DNA of 64,000 bases, from IMG/VR virus record IMGVR_UViG_3300002220_006883; one strand, given 5' to 3'. The notes beneath the pieces were generated by a model. The model was not told the origin of the DNA, did no database searches, and worked only from the letters and a program-made list of their open reading frames with translations. This document shows, in pieces, positions 43,098-51,833 of the stretch (positions are counted from its first letter, which is position 1; each line of letters begins with the position of its first letter). The DNA is from a virus. Its lineage: Duplodnaviria; Heunggongvirae; Uroviricota; Caudoviricetes. The translations under genes were made by a program, and so were the position numbers.

Positions 43098-44627
43098 TTA
43101 AAGTTTCTTTTGTTTTTTTCTAGTAGGAGAAGCTGTTAATAAAGTATATTCTTCTTTAATTTCTTCAGGAGTTCTTCCTTTATATTTTTCCATAACTTCT
43201 TTGATAGAATCACCTAAATCTTTAAATTGACTATCAATATTAGATTTACCCCAAATATAAGATTTATTTTTTGAGTCAGTAATAGAATCAAGAGTTTTTT
43301 GAATAGAACTATTCATGCTTCCTTGTGCAATAACTAAAGCAAAAACGGCTCCTATACGTTCGGAAATTTGTAATGTGGCTCTATCAACATCAATTTCGTT
43401 CTTTTTAACCAAATTAACTGCTTTATCAACCATATTTTTCATATTACTCCAATTGTAATATAATAGGTCTGTTCCAGTTAAATTATAATTTTTATTCATT
43501 AAGTTTTTATCATTAATAGAACCTAAAAAAGAAGCTTCTTGAGCACTTTTACTACTGAGTTCATTAACCCCTTTAGCTGCCATTTCTTCATAAATAACTT
43601 TATTATCCTCTGATAAAAACTTACCTAAAAGTTCAATATTTCTTTTAACAAAATTGTTTTTACCAGGATTAATAGATACTATGTCAGTAATAATTTCGTC
43701 TACTATTTGTTTGTTTGAATTATTAGTTTCAGATAATTTAATCATGTAATTGAAAACTTTTTCTTGCTCAGAAAATTCTTTTGCTAACCACTCTTTATTT
43801 AATAATGGAAGGAAAAACTCAAATATTTTATTATTACTTTTTAAATAATTACTTACAGTTACAGAGTAATTTTTATTTAAAATTGATTTAGAGCCACTAA
43901 TATTTTGTTCTTTAAAATCTTTCTCTAATACTAAAAGTTGACTAACAGATTTTAAATCTTCTTTTAATTTTTGAGTGTTTCCTGAAGTTATCATATCAGT
44001 AAAATCACCACCATCAATATGAAAGGCAGTAGCATCAAATAAACGTCTTGGGCTAATTTCTTTTTGAATATTTGCTGGTTGATTATTCCACCATTGACAG
44101 AAAATAGCACCTACCTGTCCAAAAGATTGTTTAAAAAATTCAATATCAACCTTATAAGGAAACTTTATTTGTATTTGGAATCTATCTCTAACTGCTGGGT
44201 CTAATGGTTCAACATGATATTCTTCTTCTTCATTATGAGGATTGATTGCTGCCCAGATCATTTTTATATTATAAGGTCTACCATTAATGGTTTTGAATTG
44301 AATTAACTCCATAAGTGCATTCATGACTTTTTTAGGAGCACGATTTAATTCATCAATAAAAATAACATCATACTTATCGTCTACAAAATCTTCAGGTGGA
44401 ATTAATCTTAACACTTCTTTTCCATCGGAGCGAGTTACAGTACTAGGAACACCAACTAAATCAGTCCAAGGGTCCATTGTTGGTGCAGAAAAATATTTAA
44501 CTCTTAATCCAGCTTTTTCAAAAGTTTTAAAAATAACTGAAGTTTTACCTACACCTCTTTCTCCTTCAAATAAAACATTGAAATTTTTATCTGCATATAA
44601 ATCTAATTTTTTTTGATCAACTAACAT
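43098..44627 (-). CDS. MoxR-like AAA+ ATPase
   Basis: Walker A EGERGVGKTS, Walker B IFIDELNRA, sensor region; 509 aa; 1 nt from the VWA gene. Confidence 0.75.
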   Translation of the reverse strand: MLVDQKKLDLYADKNFNVLFEGERGVGKTSVIFKTFEKAGLRVKYFSAPTMDPWTDLVGVPSTVTRSDGKEVLRLIPPEDFVDDKYDVIFIDELNRAPKKVMNALMELIQFKTINGRPYNIKMIWAAINPHNEEEEYHVEPLDPAVRDRFQIQIKFPYKVDIEFFKQSFGQVGAIFCQWWNNQPANIQKEISPRRLFDATAFHIDGGDFTDMITSGNTQKLKEDLKSVSQLLVLEKDFKEQNISGSKSILNKNYSVTVSNYLKSNNKIFEFFLPLLNKEWLAKEFSEQEKVFNYMIKLSETNNSNKQIVDEIITDIVSINPGKNNFVKRNIELLGKFLSEDNKVIYEEMAAKGVNELSSKSAQEASFLGSINDKNLMNKNYNLTGTDLLYYNWSNMKNMVDKAVNLVKKNEIDVDRATLQISERIGAVFALVIAQGSMNSSIQKTLDSITDSKNKSYIWGKSNIDSQFKDLGDSIKEVMEKYKGRTPEEIKEEYTLLTASPTRKKQKKL

Positions 44628-44732
44628 AATATTTTCCTTATTGTTATTTAATTATAATGGTTTGTTTTTCTCAGTCAAATGCTTGAAGTTGTTATTATTT
44701 GTGATATTATTAAAAGAAGGAGTTATTATTTT

Positions 44733-45407
44733 ATGGAACAAGAAAAAAAAGAAATAATTATTGGAGCTTATTACGAAACTTTAGATAATAAAATCGTATA
44801 CACATATGGTTCAGGCCCAGATGGAATTAAATACAGATTTGATGATGATTCAGGTGGTCATTTAATATCAAAAGAGGATTTTTTCAAATGGAAAATAAGA
44901 AATGATTTAAGAGATTTTCCAAATGCAAGAGATCCAAGAGTTCCCTATATTTTTGATTTAAATTACGATTTGAAATACACTTCAGATGTTGTTAGATATC
45001 TCAAAGATAATCCAAATGACTCAAATGTGATTGAATTAATAGCAAGCCATGCAAGCGATAATAAAAAATTGAAAAAATATGTTGATAAATATAATAAAGA
45101 TTTAAATAATTTCTTAACAGTAACTGAAACAGTCTACGAATTAGAAACAAAAAACTTCTTTTATAATATTATCGAAAAGAAAAATACTGGATGTATAATA
45201 AAAAGACAAAATAAGAATAATTTAAATTCTGATAAAGCAGATTGGAGTAATCAATATATAACAGAAATTTTATCAGGGGATAAAACTTTTAAAAACAGTT
45301 TAAATACAGATATAGAATATTTACCATCAACAACTGATTGTGTTAAACTAATTGAAAAAGAAGAGAAAAAGGCAAACAAAAACAAAGAAAATAAAAGGAA
45401 GCTCTAA
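44733..45407 (+). CDS. hypothetical protein
   Basis: SD AAGGAG before ATG (MEQEKKEII); a longer variant from 44679 is possible. Confidence 0.45.
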   Translation: MEQEKKEIIIGAYYETLDNKIVYTYGSGPDGIKYRFDDDSGGHLISKEDFFKWKIRNDLRDFPNARDPRVPYIFDLNYDLKYTSDVVRYLKDNPNDSNVIELIASHASDNKKLKKYVDKYNKDLNNFLTVTETVYELETKNFFYNIIEKKNTGCIIKRQNKNNLNSDKADWSNQYITEILSGDKTFKNSLNTDIEYLPSTTDCVKLIEKEEKKANKNKENKRKL

Positions 45408-45772
45408 TGGAACTTATTAAAGAAGATTATAGTTTGGGAACTCAATCTGCAAATTTAACAAAAATAATTAAAAGTGAATCTGGATTAAAAATTAAAATAG
45501 ATATTAAAAGTGATTCTTATGATTTTCAGTCTTTTGCTCGTGTAAGTGTATTTAATCCATCAGAACTAAAGTGGAATGTAATTTCAAGTATACCATTCGG
45601 CAACATGAGTACTCCACACAAATTGTTTTATTCAATTCAAAAAAATGATAATCCGGCAATATTATCTGACAAATTTAAAAAAGATGTGGAAGTTTTAACA
45701 AAAGAAGCAGAAGAAATTTTGGATCAAAAATTTTCTATAGATCCTGTTAAAGTTAAAAAATTAAAAAGATAA
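45407..45772 (+). CDS. hypothetical protein
   Basis: start overlaps the upstream stop (TAATGG). Confidence 0.4.
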   Translation: MELIKEDYSLGTQSANLTKIIKSESGLKIKIDIKSDSYDFQSFARVSVFNPSELKWNVISSIPFGNMSTPHKLFYSIQKNDNPAILSDKFKKDVEVLTKEAEEILDQKFSIDPVKVKKLKR

Positions 45773-46126
45773 TTATAATTTATAGCCAAGTTGTTTTTCA
45801 AGTTTTGACTTAGCTTTCTTTTTTAATTTTCGTTCTTCTTTAGTCATGGTGTTTTCACTAGCTTCGTTTTCATTTTCTTGACCAAGTAAAAATTCTTTTT
45901 TTGCTTCTCTAATGCTACCTTGATCTAAAAGCAATTCAGCTAACATGTAATGAGCAAAACATGATTTTGGATGATCTTTTAAATAATCAGTTAATGTTGG
46001 AATGTTATAACGATAACTAGAATCTAAAATACTAGAATCTTCTCCAACCAAAGTAGTATTCATAGTTTCTTCAATAGAACCATATTCTTTTTTATTACCT
46101 AATCCAAAAAATTTCAAAAAGCTCAT
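45773..46126 (-). CDS. hypothetical protein, paralog of 46536-47036
   Basis: ~60% identical C-terminal ~100 aa (IEETMNTT…LTD(Y/F)L…FAHYM(L/I)AEL…KKLKKKAK). Confidence 0.5.
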   Translation of the reverse strand: MSFLKFFGLGNKKEYGSIEETMNTTLVGEDSSILDSSYRYNIPTLTDYLKDHPKSCFAHYMLAELLLDQGSIREAKKEFLLGQENENEASENTMTKEERKLKKKAKSKLEKQLGYKL

Positions 46127-46245
46127 AATTTTATCTCCATGAATTATCTAAATAATATAATTTGTAAATCAAAAGTCAATTTGTTAATGAAAATCTTTCT
46201 TTTTTCTTTTTTTTGGTATACAATTTATTAAAACAAAGGAAATAT

Positions 46246-46527
46246 ATGAATCCATCAATTTTTGAAAATGAACATGAATTTAACCTTCATTTAAAAGCTT
46301 TAGTTGAAGATGCTGAAGAGTTATTAAATTTAACAGATAAAGAAACAACTGTAGAAATAGTAAATTTAAGAAATAGACTAAAAAACAAAATAGTTGATAT
46401 TAAATATACTCTTGAGTTGAGAGCAAAAAAGACTGATCAATATGTAAGAGAAAACCCTTGGAAAGCAATTGGAATTTCTGCAACTATTGGTTTGGTTCTT
46501 GGACTTTTAATTTCAGACAAAAAATAA
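46246..46527 (+). CDS. ElaB/YqjD/DUF883-family membrane-anchored protein
   Basis: C-terminus …ENPWKAIGISATIGLVLGLLIS; SD AAAGGA before the ATG. Confidence 0.65.
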   Translation: MNPSIFENEHEFNLHLKALVEDAEELLNLTDKETTVEIVNLRNRLKNKIVDIKYTLELRAKKTDQYVRENPWKAIGISATIGLVLGLLISDKK

Positions 46528-46535
46528 TTTTTAAA

Positions 46536-47036
46536 TTATTTAACTAGTTTATAGCCAAGTCTTTTCTCAACCTTGGCTTTAGCTTTTTTCTTTAGTTTCT
46601 TTTCTTCATTAGTTAAAATTTGCTCTGGAAATTTAGCTTCCATTTTTTGACCAATCATAAATTCTTTTCTTGCTTTAGTTATATCTCCATTATCTAAATA
46701 TAATTCAGCTATCATATAATGAGCAAAAGCAGATTGTGGTTCTACTCTTAAAAAGTCAGTAAGAGTGGCAATAGTATAATAATTAGCAGCACCACTAATT
46801 TCTGGGTCTAATCCAGCCATAGTAGTATTCATTGTTTCTTCAATTCCATGATAAGACTTATTTTGAAATTTTTTATTTAACTTCTTTTTTTGTTTTAAAT
46901 TCAGTAAATATTTTTTAATCTTGATAAGTGGAGAAAAAATAAATAAAAATATTTTTTTAAAAAAATCAAAAATAACAAAGAAAATAGAGCCAAATAAATG
47001 AACTAAAGCGATAGCTATTTGTTTTAATATATCCAT
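46536..47036 (-). CDS. hypothetical membrane-anchored protein, paralog of 45773-46126
   Basis: N-terminal TM helix followed by the shared C-terminal domain. Confidence 0.5.
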   Translation of the reverse strand: MDILKQIAIALVHLFGSIFFVIFDFFKKIFLFIFSPLIKIKKYLLNLKQKKKLNKKFQNKSYHGIEETMNTTMAGLDPEISGAANYYTIATLTDFLRVEPQSAFAHYMIAELYLDNGDITKARKEFMIGQKMEAKFPEQILTNEEKKLKKKAKAKVEKRLGYKLVK

Positions 47037-47126
47037 ATATTACTCCAAAAAAATAGTGGTTTTTTTATCGTACAATATAAAAATAAGAAATCAAATTTTT
47101 TAATTATTTGATACAAAAAATAACAA

Positions 47127-47750
47127 TTAAGGAATTAAACTTTCAACCCTTACTTTGGTGCTACCAGTATTAACATAGCCTAATCTACATGCTGCTAAAA
47201 AAGAAAGGTCTATAATTCTTCCTTTTAAAAAAGGTCCTCTATCATTAATTCTAACAGTAACGGCTCTTCCATTTTGTAAGTTAGTAACACGAGCATAACT
47301 TGGAATAGGGAGTATCGGACTTGCCGCAGTCATTTGAAACATATCATAGATTTCTCCATTAGATGTTTTTTCACCATGATATCTTCTTCCATACCAAGAA
47401 CCAATTCCTTCTTCTATTAAGAATCCAGGTTCAGTAATTGGATAAAAATCTTGTCCTAATTTATTATAAGGTCTATTCGCCCACTTATGTAATGGTTCTA
47501 ACATGGGTATAGGTTCTAAAGCCAAATTTAAATTTTCTGGTAATTCTAATGGCCCATCAGTTTTATAGAATGCACCACTATTTTTAGAAGGTTTAAATTC
47601 ACAATTATATTGAGATGGTACTCCCTTTATGTCTGTAGTTTTAATTTGAGCTTTAGTAGTAATATCATTTTTATAATTATTATTGGTCTGGACAGTAGAA
47701 CAACCAACTAAAATAAAAGATAAAAATCCTAAATAAAATATTTTTTTCAT
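47127..47750 (-). CDS. rlpA: RlpA-like lipoprotein (double-psi beta-barrel)
   Basis: lipoprotein signal (LVGCST); DPBB region …GSWYG…HGEKTSNGE…AA…P…V…NGR…VRINDRGP…. Confidence 0.8.
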   Translation of the reverse strand: MKKIFYLGFLSFILVGCSTVQTNNNYKNDITTKAQIKTTDIKGVPSQYNCEFKPSKNSGAFYKTDGPLELPENLNLALEPIPMLEPLHKWANRPYNKLGQDFYPITEPGFLIEEGIGSWYGRRYHGEKTSNGEIYDMFQMTAASPILPIPSYARVTNLQNGRAVTVRINDRGPFLKGRIIDLSFLAACRLGYVNTGSTKVRVESLIP

Positions 47751-47804
47751 ATAAATTCCAATTTAAAAAAAGATAAGACACTTTTTTATTTTTTTCAATA
47801 GAAA

Positions 47805-47823
47805 ATGGAGCCTTTGGCTCCAT
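47805..47823 (-). terminator. terminator hairpin after the tRNA array
   Basis: ATGGAGCCTTTGGCTCCAT just 3' of the last tRNA. Confidence 0.55.
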
Positions 47824-47829
47824 TTAATT

Positions 47830-47920
47830 TGGCAGTGAGTAAGAGATTCGAACTCTTGTGCCGGTTTCCCGACCATCATCTTTCCAGGATGTGCCTTTAA
47901 GCCAACTCAGGCAACTCACT
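47830..47920 (-). tRNA. tRNA-Ser (anticodon GGA), class II
   Basis: revcomp AGTGAGT…(anticodon loop CTGGAAA)…long variable arm…AAGAG-TTCGAAT-CTCTT-ACTCACT-G-CCA; encoded CCA. Confidence 0.75.
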
Positions 47921-47926
47921 ATAATC

Positions 47927-48019
47927 TGGAGGAAAGCTAGGGTCCCGACCCCTATCCGTATTTTCTACGAACAAACACATTTCCAGTGTGTTCCAGTTGC
48001 CCCGACTGGTTAACTTTCC
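47927..48019 (-). tRNA. tRNA-Ser(GGA)-like with non-canonical T-loop
   Basis: acceptor GGAAAGT/GCTTTCC-T-CCA; D stem CCA/TGG; anticodon arm ACACA-CTGGAAA-TGTGT; variable arm GTTCGTAGAAAATACGGA; T arm TAGGG-GTCGGGA-CCCTA. Confidence 0.5.
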
Positions 48020-48020
48020 T

Positions 48021-48110
48021 TGGCAGAGGATAACAGAATCGAACTGTCACCGATTCATCATCGATGGTACGGTTTTCAAGACCGCTTAAACACCATGTTC
48101 ACTATCCTCT
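48021..48110 (-). tRNA. tRNA-Ser (anticodon UGA)
   Basis: acceptor AGAGGAT/ATCCTCT-G-CCA; anticodon arm GCGGT-CTTGAAA-ACCGT; T arm GACAG-TTCGATT-CTGTT; long variable arm. Confidence 0.75.
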
Positions 48111-48121
48111 AAACTAAAAAC

Positions 48122-48214
48122 TGGCAGAGGTGGTGAGATTCGAACTCACGCGGGCTTTTTAGTTCCCCTAGCTGTTTTCAAGACAGCCCCCTTAAACCAC
48201 TTGGGTACACCTCT
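48122..48214 (-). tRNA. tRNA-Ser (anticodon UGA), second divergent copy
   Basis: acceptor AGAGGTG/CACCTCT-G-CCA; anticodon arm GCTGT-CTTGAAA-ACAGC; T arm GTGAG-TTCGAAT-CTCAC. Confidence 0.75.
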
Positions 48215-48215
48215 A

Positions 48216-48305
48216 TGGCAGAAGACGTCGGTCCCGACCCGAATCCGTATTTCTACGAACCAACTGATTAGCAGTCAGCGGCTAAACCCTTTAGCTTCAT
48301 CTTCT
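48216..48305 (-). tRNA. tRNA-Ser(GCU)-like with non-canonical T-arm
   Basis: acceptor AGAAGAT/GTCTTCT-G-CCA; anticodon arm GCTGA-CTGCTAA-TCAGT; shares module GTTCGTAGAAATACGGAT..GGGTCGGGACC with 47927-48019. Confidence 0.5.
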
Positions 48306-48310
48306 AAATT

Positions 48311-48400
48311 TGGCGGTGGGCCAGGGAGTCGAACCCTGTGAGCCATTTCCATGACCCTACGGATTAGCAATCCGCTGCATTACCGTTCTGCCAGCCCACC
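48311..48400 (-). tRNA. tRNA-Ser (anticodon GCU)
   Basis: acceptor GGTGGGC/GCCCACC-G-CCA; anticodon arm GCGGA-TTGCTAA-TCCGT; T arm CAGGG-TTCGACT-CCCTG. Confidence 0.8.
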
Positions 48401-48431
48401 ATTTATATCTTTTTATTTAATCTCCTATTTT

Positions 48432-48468
48432 GTTTCAACAATAAAAAAAGCACTCAGTTGTTACTTGA
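48432..48468. terminator. bidirectional terminator upstream of the tRNA array
   Basis: perfect hairpin AGCACTCAGTTGTTACTTGAGTGCT flanked by A7 and T5. Confidence 0.7.
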
Positions 48469-48623
48469 GTGCTTTTTAAAAAATCCTGTCAAAAATTTTT
48501 AGCAATAAGCACCCCTGTTCATTGAAGAACTTGAAGATGAACTAGAGCTAGAAATTTGAACTAAAAACATTTTTCAACCTTTAAAATTAATTGAGTTAAT
48601 TATTACATATCTTTTTAAGTCTG

Positions 48624-49136
48624 TCAATAAGAATTTATATTTTTTTTAATAATTTTTTTTAATAATTTTTTTTCTAAATTTTCGTTTAATAAAATTTGAT
48701 TTAAATAGTCATAGTTATGCTTTATGTCTTTTGCTTTTTTTAATTGTTCTTTGAAGTTACTATCTAAATAATTAACAAAATTTTCCATAACATATGAAAA
48801 ACAAGAATTTATTTCAGTAGAATTTTTTAAAAAATCATCTTTATTACTAGAATTCAACATGATTGAATTATGTGGTCGCTCTAAATCATTGGCCCATGCC
48901 CAGCAAACCTCATCAAACTCTTTATAAGACTGTTTTTTATTGGGAACCCATATAAGTAACATGAAATAAAGATCAGGAAGGTTGATTAAAGAATATTCCT
49001 TAATATGATTTTCTAAAATTTTAATATTAGAATAATCACCTGGTGGAAAAATTAAGTCACTAATTATTTTCGTAGTGTATATTGTTTCATAATATTTGCA
49101 TATTTTAAATTGTATATTCATTTTTGGTGCTTGCAT
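48624..49136 (-). CDS. hypothetical protein
   Basis: 170 aa ORF. Confidence 0.45.
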   Translation of the reverse strand: MQAPKMNIQFKICKYYETIYTTKIISDLIFPPGDYSNIKILENHIKEYSLINLPDLYFMLLIWVPNKKQSYKEFDEVCWAWANDLERPHNSIMLNSSNKDDFLKNSTEINSCFSYVMENFVNYLDSNFKEQLKKAKDIKHNYDYLNQILLNENLEKKLLKKIIKKNINSY

Positions 49137-49189
49137 AATTTCATTTTGTGATTATAATCTAAAAATGCAAAATAGAAATAGGAAGATTT

Positions 49190-49591
49190 ATGAAAGAATT
49201 TATTAAAGTGCCATTTGCAGAAAAAGAAAAAGTTAAAGAGTTAGGTGCTCGTTGGGATAAAGATATGAAGTCTTGGTATGTTCCCGAAGATGCAGATAAG
49301 GAAAAGTTTTCTAAATGGGAAAGACATGACCCATCTACTGCACCACAAATAGACCCAAATTTAACTAGAACTTATTTGAATGTGCCATTTGCTGATAAAG
49401 ATGCTGTTAAATCATTAGGGGCTCGTTGGGATGGCGATAAAAAACAATGGTATTTTTTATCTGACAAAGATCAAAGTTTATTTTCAAAATGGATAGACGG
49501 CTCATCTAATAGTACCCCAAAGAAACAACCAATTCAACAAAACAATGATTTGTCTGATGAATTGGATGATATTTTAAAATTAGGTGATTAA
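49190..49591 (+). CDS. small protein with tandem GARWD…KxWY motif domains
   Basis: two ~40 aa repeats: VPFAEKEKVKELGARWDKDMKSWY and VPFADKDAVKSLGARWDGDKKQWY. Confidence 0.5.
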   Translation: MKEFIKVPFAEKEKVKELGARWDKDMKSWYVPEDADKEKFSKWERHDPSTAPQIDPNLTRTYLNVPFADKDAVKSLGARWDGDKKQWYFLSDKDQSLFSKWIDGSSNSTPKKQPIQQNNDLSDELDDILKLGD

Positions 49592-49628
49592 TTTAAAACA
49601 GCCTACCACGGCTGTTTTGCATTTGTTT

Positions 49629-49946
49629 TCAATATCTATCTTCTTCAGCAAAACCTTCGGAAACCATATAGTCAACATATTCTGAAACCTTATTAACTAC
49701 ATATTCCTTTTTTGATGTAGTAATTTTATGTGGGGCAGGCTCATACAAAAAGTAAGAAACATCATCTGCCCAAGTCCCAAAAATAAAATCTAACAATAAA
49801 TCAATTTGCTGCCCTTTTGCAGTTACATAGGGGTTATCAAAAAAAGCAGCATTAATTTCCATTGGAATTTTATCAATCCACTTATCTTGTTCTTTAGTAA
49901 GAATAATAAATTTATTTAACAAACTTTCAATTTGACTTGCTTTCAT
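49629..49946 (-). CDS. hypothetical protein
   Basis: 105 aa ORF. Confidence 0.4.
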   Translation of the reverse strand: MKASQIESLLNKFIILTKEQDKWIDKIPMEINAAFFDNPYVTAKGQQIDLLLDFIFGTWADDVSYFLYEPAPHKITTSKKEYVVNKVSEYVDYMVSEGFAEEDRY

Positions 49947-49991
49947 AATTTCTCCTAAAAAAACATTATACTACAAAATTAATAATTAATT

Positions 49992-50561
49992 CTATATTTT
50001 TATTTTTTTCTTTTCTGAATGGAAATTTATTGTTTGATTTAAACTAATAAATAAATCACGAGCATTCAATCTTGCAACCAAATCAATTGAGTTATTCTTT
50101 TTTAATAACTTTTCTAGTTCTAAAGTTTTTTCAATACCGTAATCATCAATAAAATAATCTAAAATTTTTCTTTTTTCCACTGTATCTTTCAAGCAGTTAA
50201 AAAATGCTCCATAATTGGCATAAGAAATATCTGCATGCTCAATAATCTCATTGCTTGTTAAAAGGTATTTAATAAGTGGCAATCTATTACTAGTAACAGC
50301 ACTAATTAATGAATTACTTTTATTTTTTTTGCTAATTAGATTTTCTTGACCAAATTTTTTTGACCAATCAACTAAAGCAAGAATATGTTCCATATAATTT
50401 TTAGATTTATTTAAACAACAAAATTCAAAAATCCTTCCTTCTTTATAATTTAAATTAATAAATTCGATGTTTTTTTCATTATATAAAAAAGATACAGCTT
50501 CAATAGGTGAGGAAAGATAAATATGACATAATTTTTCGTTAATTTCAGTTATTTTGTCCAT
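49992..50561 (-). CDS. hypothetical protein (possibly degenerate ANK-like)
   Basis: 189 aa ORF; weak ANK-like segments. Confidence 0.4.
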   Translation of the reverse strand: MDKITEINEKLCHIYLSSPIEAVSFLYNEKNIEFINLNYKEGRIFEFCCLNKSKNYMEHILALVDWSKKFGQENLISKKNKSNSLISAVTSNRLPLIKYLLTSNEIIEHADISYANYGAFFNCLKDTVEKRKILDYFIDDYGIEKTLELEKLLKKNNSIDLVARLNARDLFISLNQTINFHSEKKKIKI

Positions 50562-50621
50562 AATATATTCAACCTTGTTTTATTTGTATTTTTATGTATT
50601 TTATTTTTGGGAGTCCCAAAA

Positions 50622-50999
50622 ATGAAACATTTTACCACAATTTTACAAAAAGAAGAAAAAATTTTCAACAAAGATATTATTATGAATTCACTAGATAATG
50701 ATATGGATTTATATGCTTTAATTGCTGAAGAGTTTTGTAATTCAAAAGAAAAAAGGCATACTTTAATAAGATTAGCATTAGGTCAAAATAAAGTCGCAGA
50801 TTTAGAAAGAGAACTACATACATTAAAGGGTTTATTTTATACTTTGGGGGCTAAAGATTTTGGAGAAAAAGCAAAGTCAATCGAGTTAACTATAAGAGAT
50901 TTAAATGTATCAATAGAAGAAATTCAAAAAAGTATTGATATAATTTTAAATCTTGATGATCAATTAGTTAAAGCACTAAAGGAAGATTTGCAAAATTAA
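50622..50999 (+). CDS. stand-alone HPt-like (histidine phosphotransfer) domain protein
   Basis: HTLKGLFYTLGAKDFGEKA fits the HxxKG…G HPt signature; ATG at 50622. Confidence 0.5.
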   Translation: MKHFTTILQKEEKIFNKDIIMNSLDNDMDLYALIAEEFCNSKEKRHTLIRLALGQNKVADLERELHTLKGLFYTLGAKDFGEKAKSIELTIRDLNVSIEEIQKSIDIILNLDDQLVKALKEDLQN

Positions 51000-51613
51000 A
51001 TTTTCAACTTCTTTTTTGAAATATCGTTTTCTTCAAGTTCCTCATTTAGAATAGATTGCATTATGAAAGGTGTATTCTTAATTCTATTTATATCCTGTAA
51101 GCTTAATTCAGTTAAATGTTCGTGTAGTTCTTCTATAGGCTTAGAGTAAGGGTTATTTAAAATATAGTCTAATATTTCTTCTATATTAATTTTCATTATT
51201 CTTGAAACACTATGGTTTCCATAATAATCTCGATCAATTTCTTCTTGATCAGTATAAATGAATTGATGAAAACGATAATCGGGAATAAAATAATGATCGT
51301 AATAGTCACAAATCTGTTCCAAATTTTTATTATCAATATTATATCTTGAAAATTCATGTTCTTGAATAATAAAACTATTAATTACTTCACCAATTGTTGA
51401 TTCTGTAATGTAATGAGCATCAGTATAATCAACATCTTCCTTGCTATCTTCCCAACATGAATTACCAGAAACAACCTTAGTAATAGATGTGTAAATTATA
51501 AATTCCCTACTTTCATCACTAAAATCAATTTCTGTGGAATGAGAACATCCAAATAGGCAACGGAAGTTTTCTTTTAATAATTCCCTTAAAAATTCTTTAT
51601 TTATTTTTAACAT
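50996..51613 (-). CDS. hypothetical protein
   Basis: 205 aa ORF. Confidence 0.45.
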   Translation of the reverse strand: MLKINKEFLRELLKENFRCLFGCSHSTEIDFSDESREFIIYTSITKVVSGNSCWEDSKEDVDYTDAHYITESTIGEVINSFIIQEHEFSRYNIDNKNLEQICDYYDHYFIPDYRFHQFIYTDQEEIDRDYYGNHSVSRIMKINIEEILDYILNNPYSKPIEELHEHLTELSLQDINRIKNTPFIMQSILNEELEENDISKKKLKI

Positions 51614-51675
51614 AATATTTTGTACACTTTTTTATTATTTTACGATATAATCCAAAAAAATACCAGGAGATTTTA

Positions 51676-51831
51676 ATGGATCATAAAAATAATCAAGATA
51701 ATTATACCATATCTTTAAAAATGATAGTGGAAGCTCAACAAGAAATTGAAGATTTATTGATAGAATATGAATTGTCTAATATGGAAAGCTTCCCAGAAGC
51801 CAATAAAATATTGAGTAGATTTAAAAAATAA
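51676..51831 (+). CDS. small protein (51 aa), absent from the ORF track
   Basis: strong SD AGGAGA 5 nt before the ATG; MDHKNNQDNYTISLKMIVEAQQEIEDLLIEYELSNMESFPEANKILSRFKK; terminator follows immediately. Confidence 0.45.
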   Translation: MDHKNNQDNYTISLKMIVEAQQEIEDLLIEYELSNMESFPEANKILSRFKK

Positions 51832-51833
51832 TA

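Noticed and set aside
44323-44616. ORF antisense to the MoxR gene
   Set aside because: Shadow ORF.
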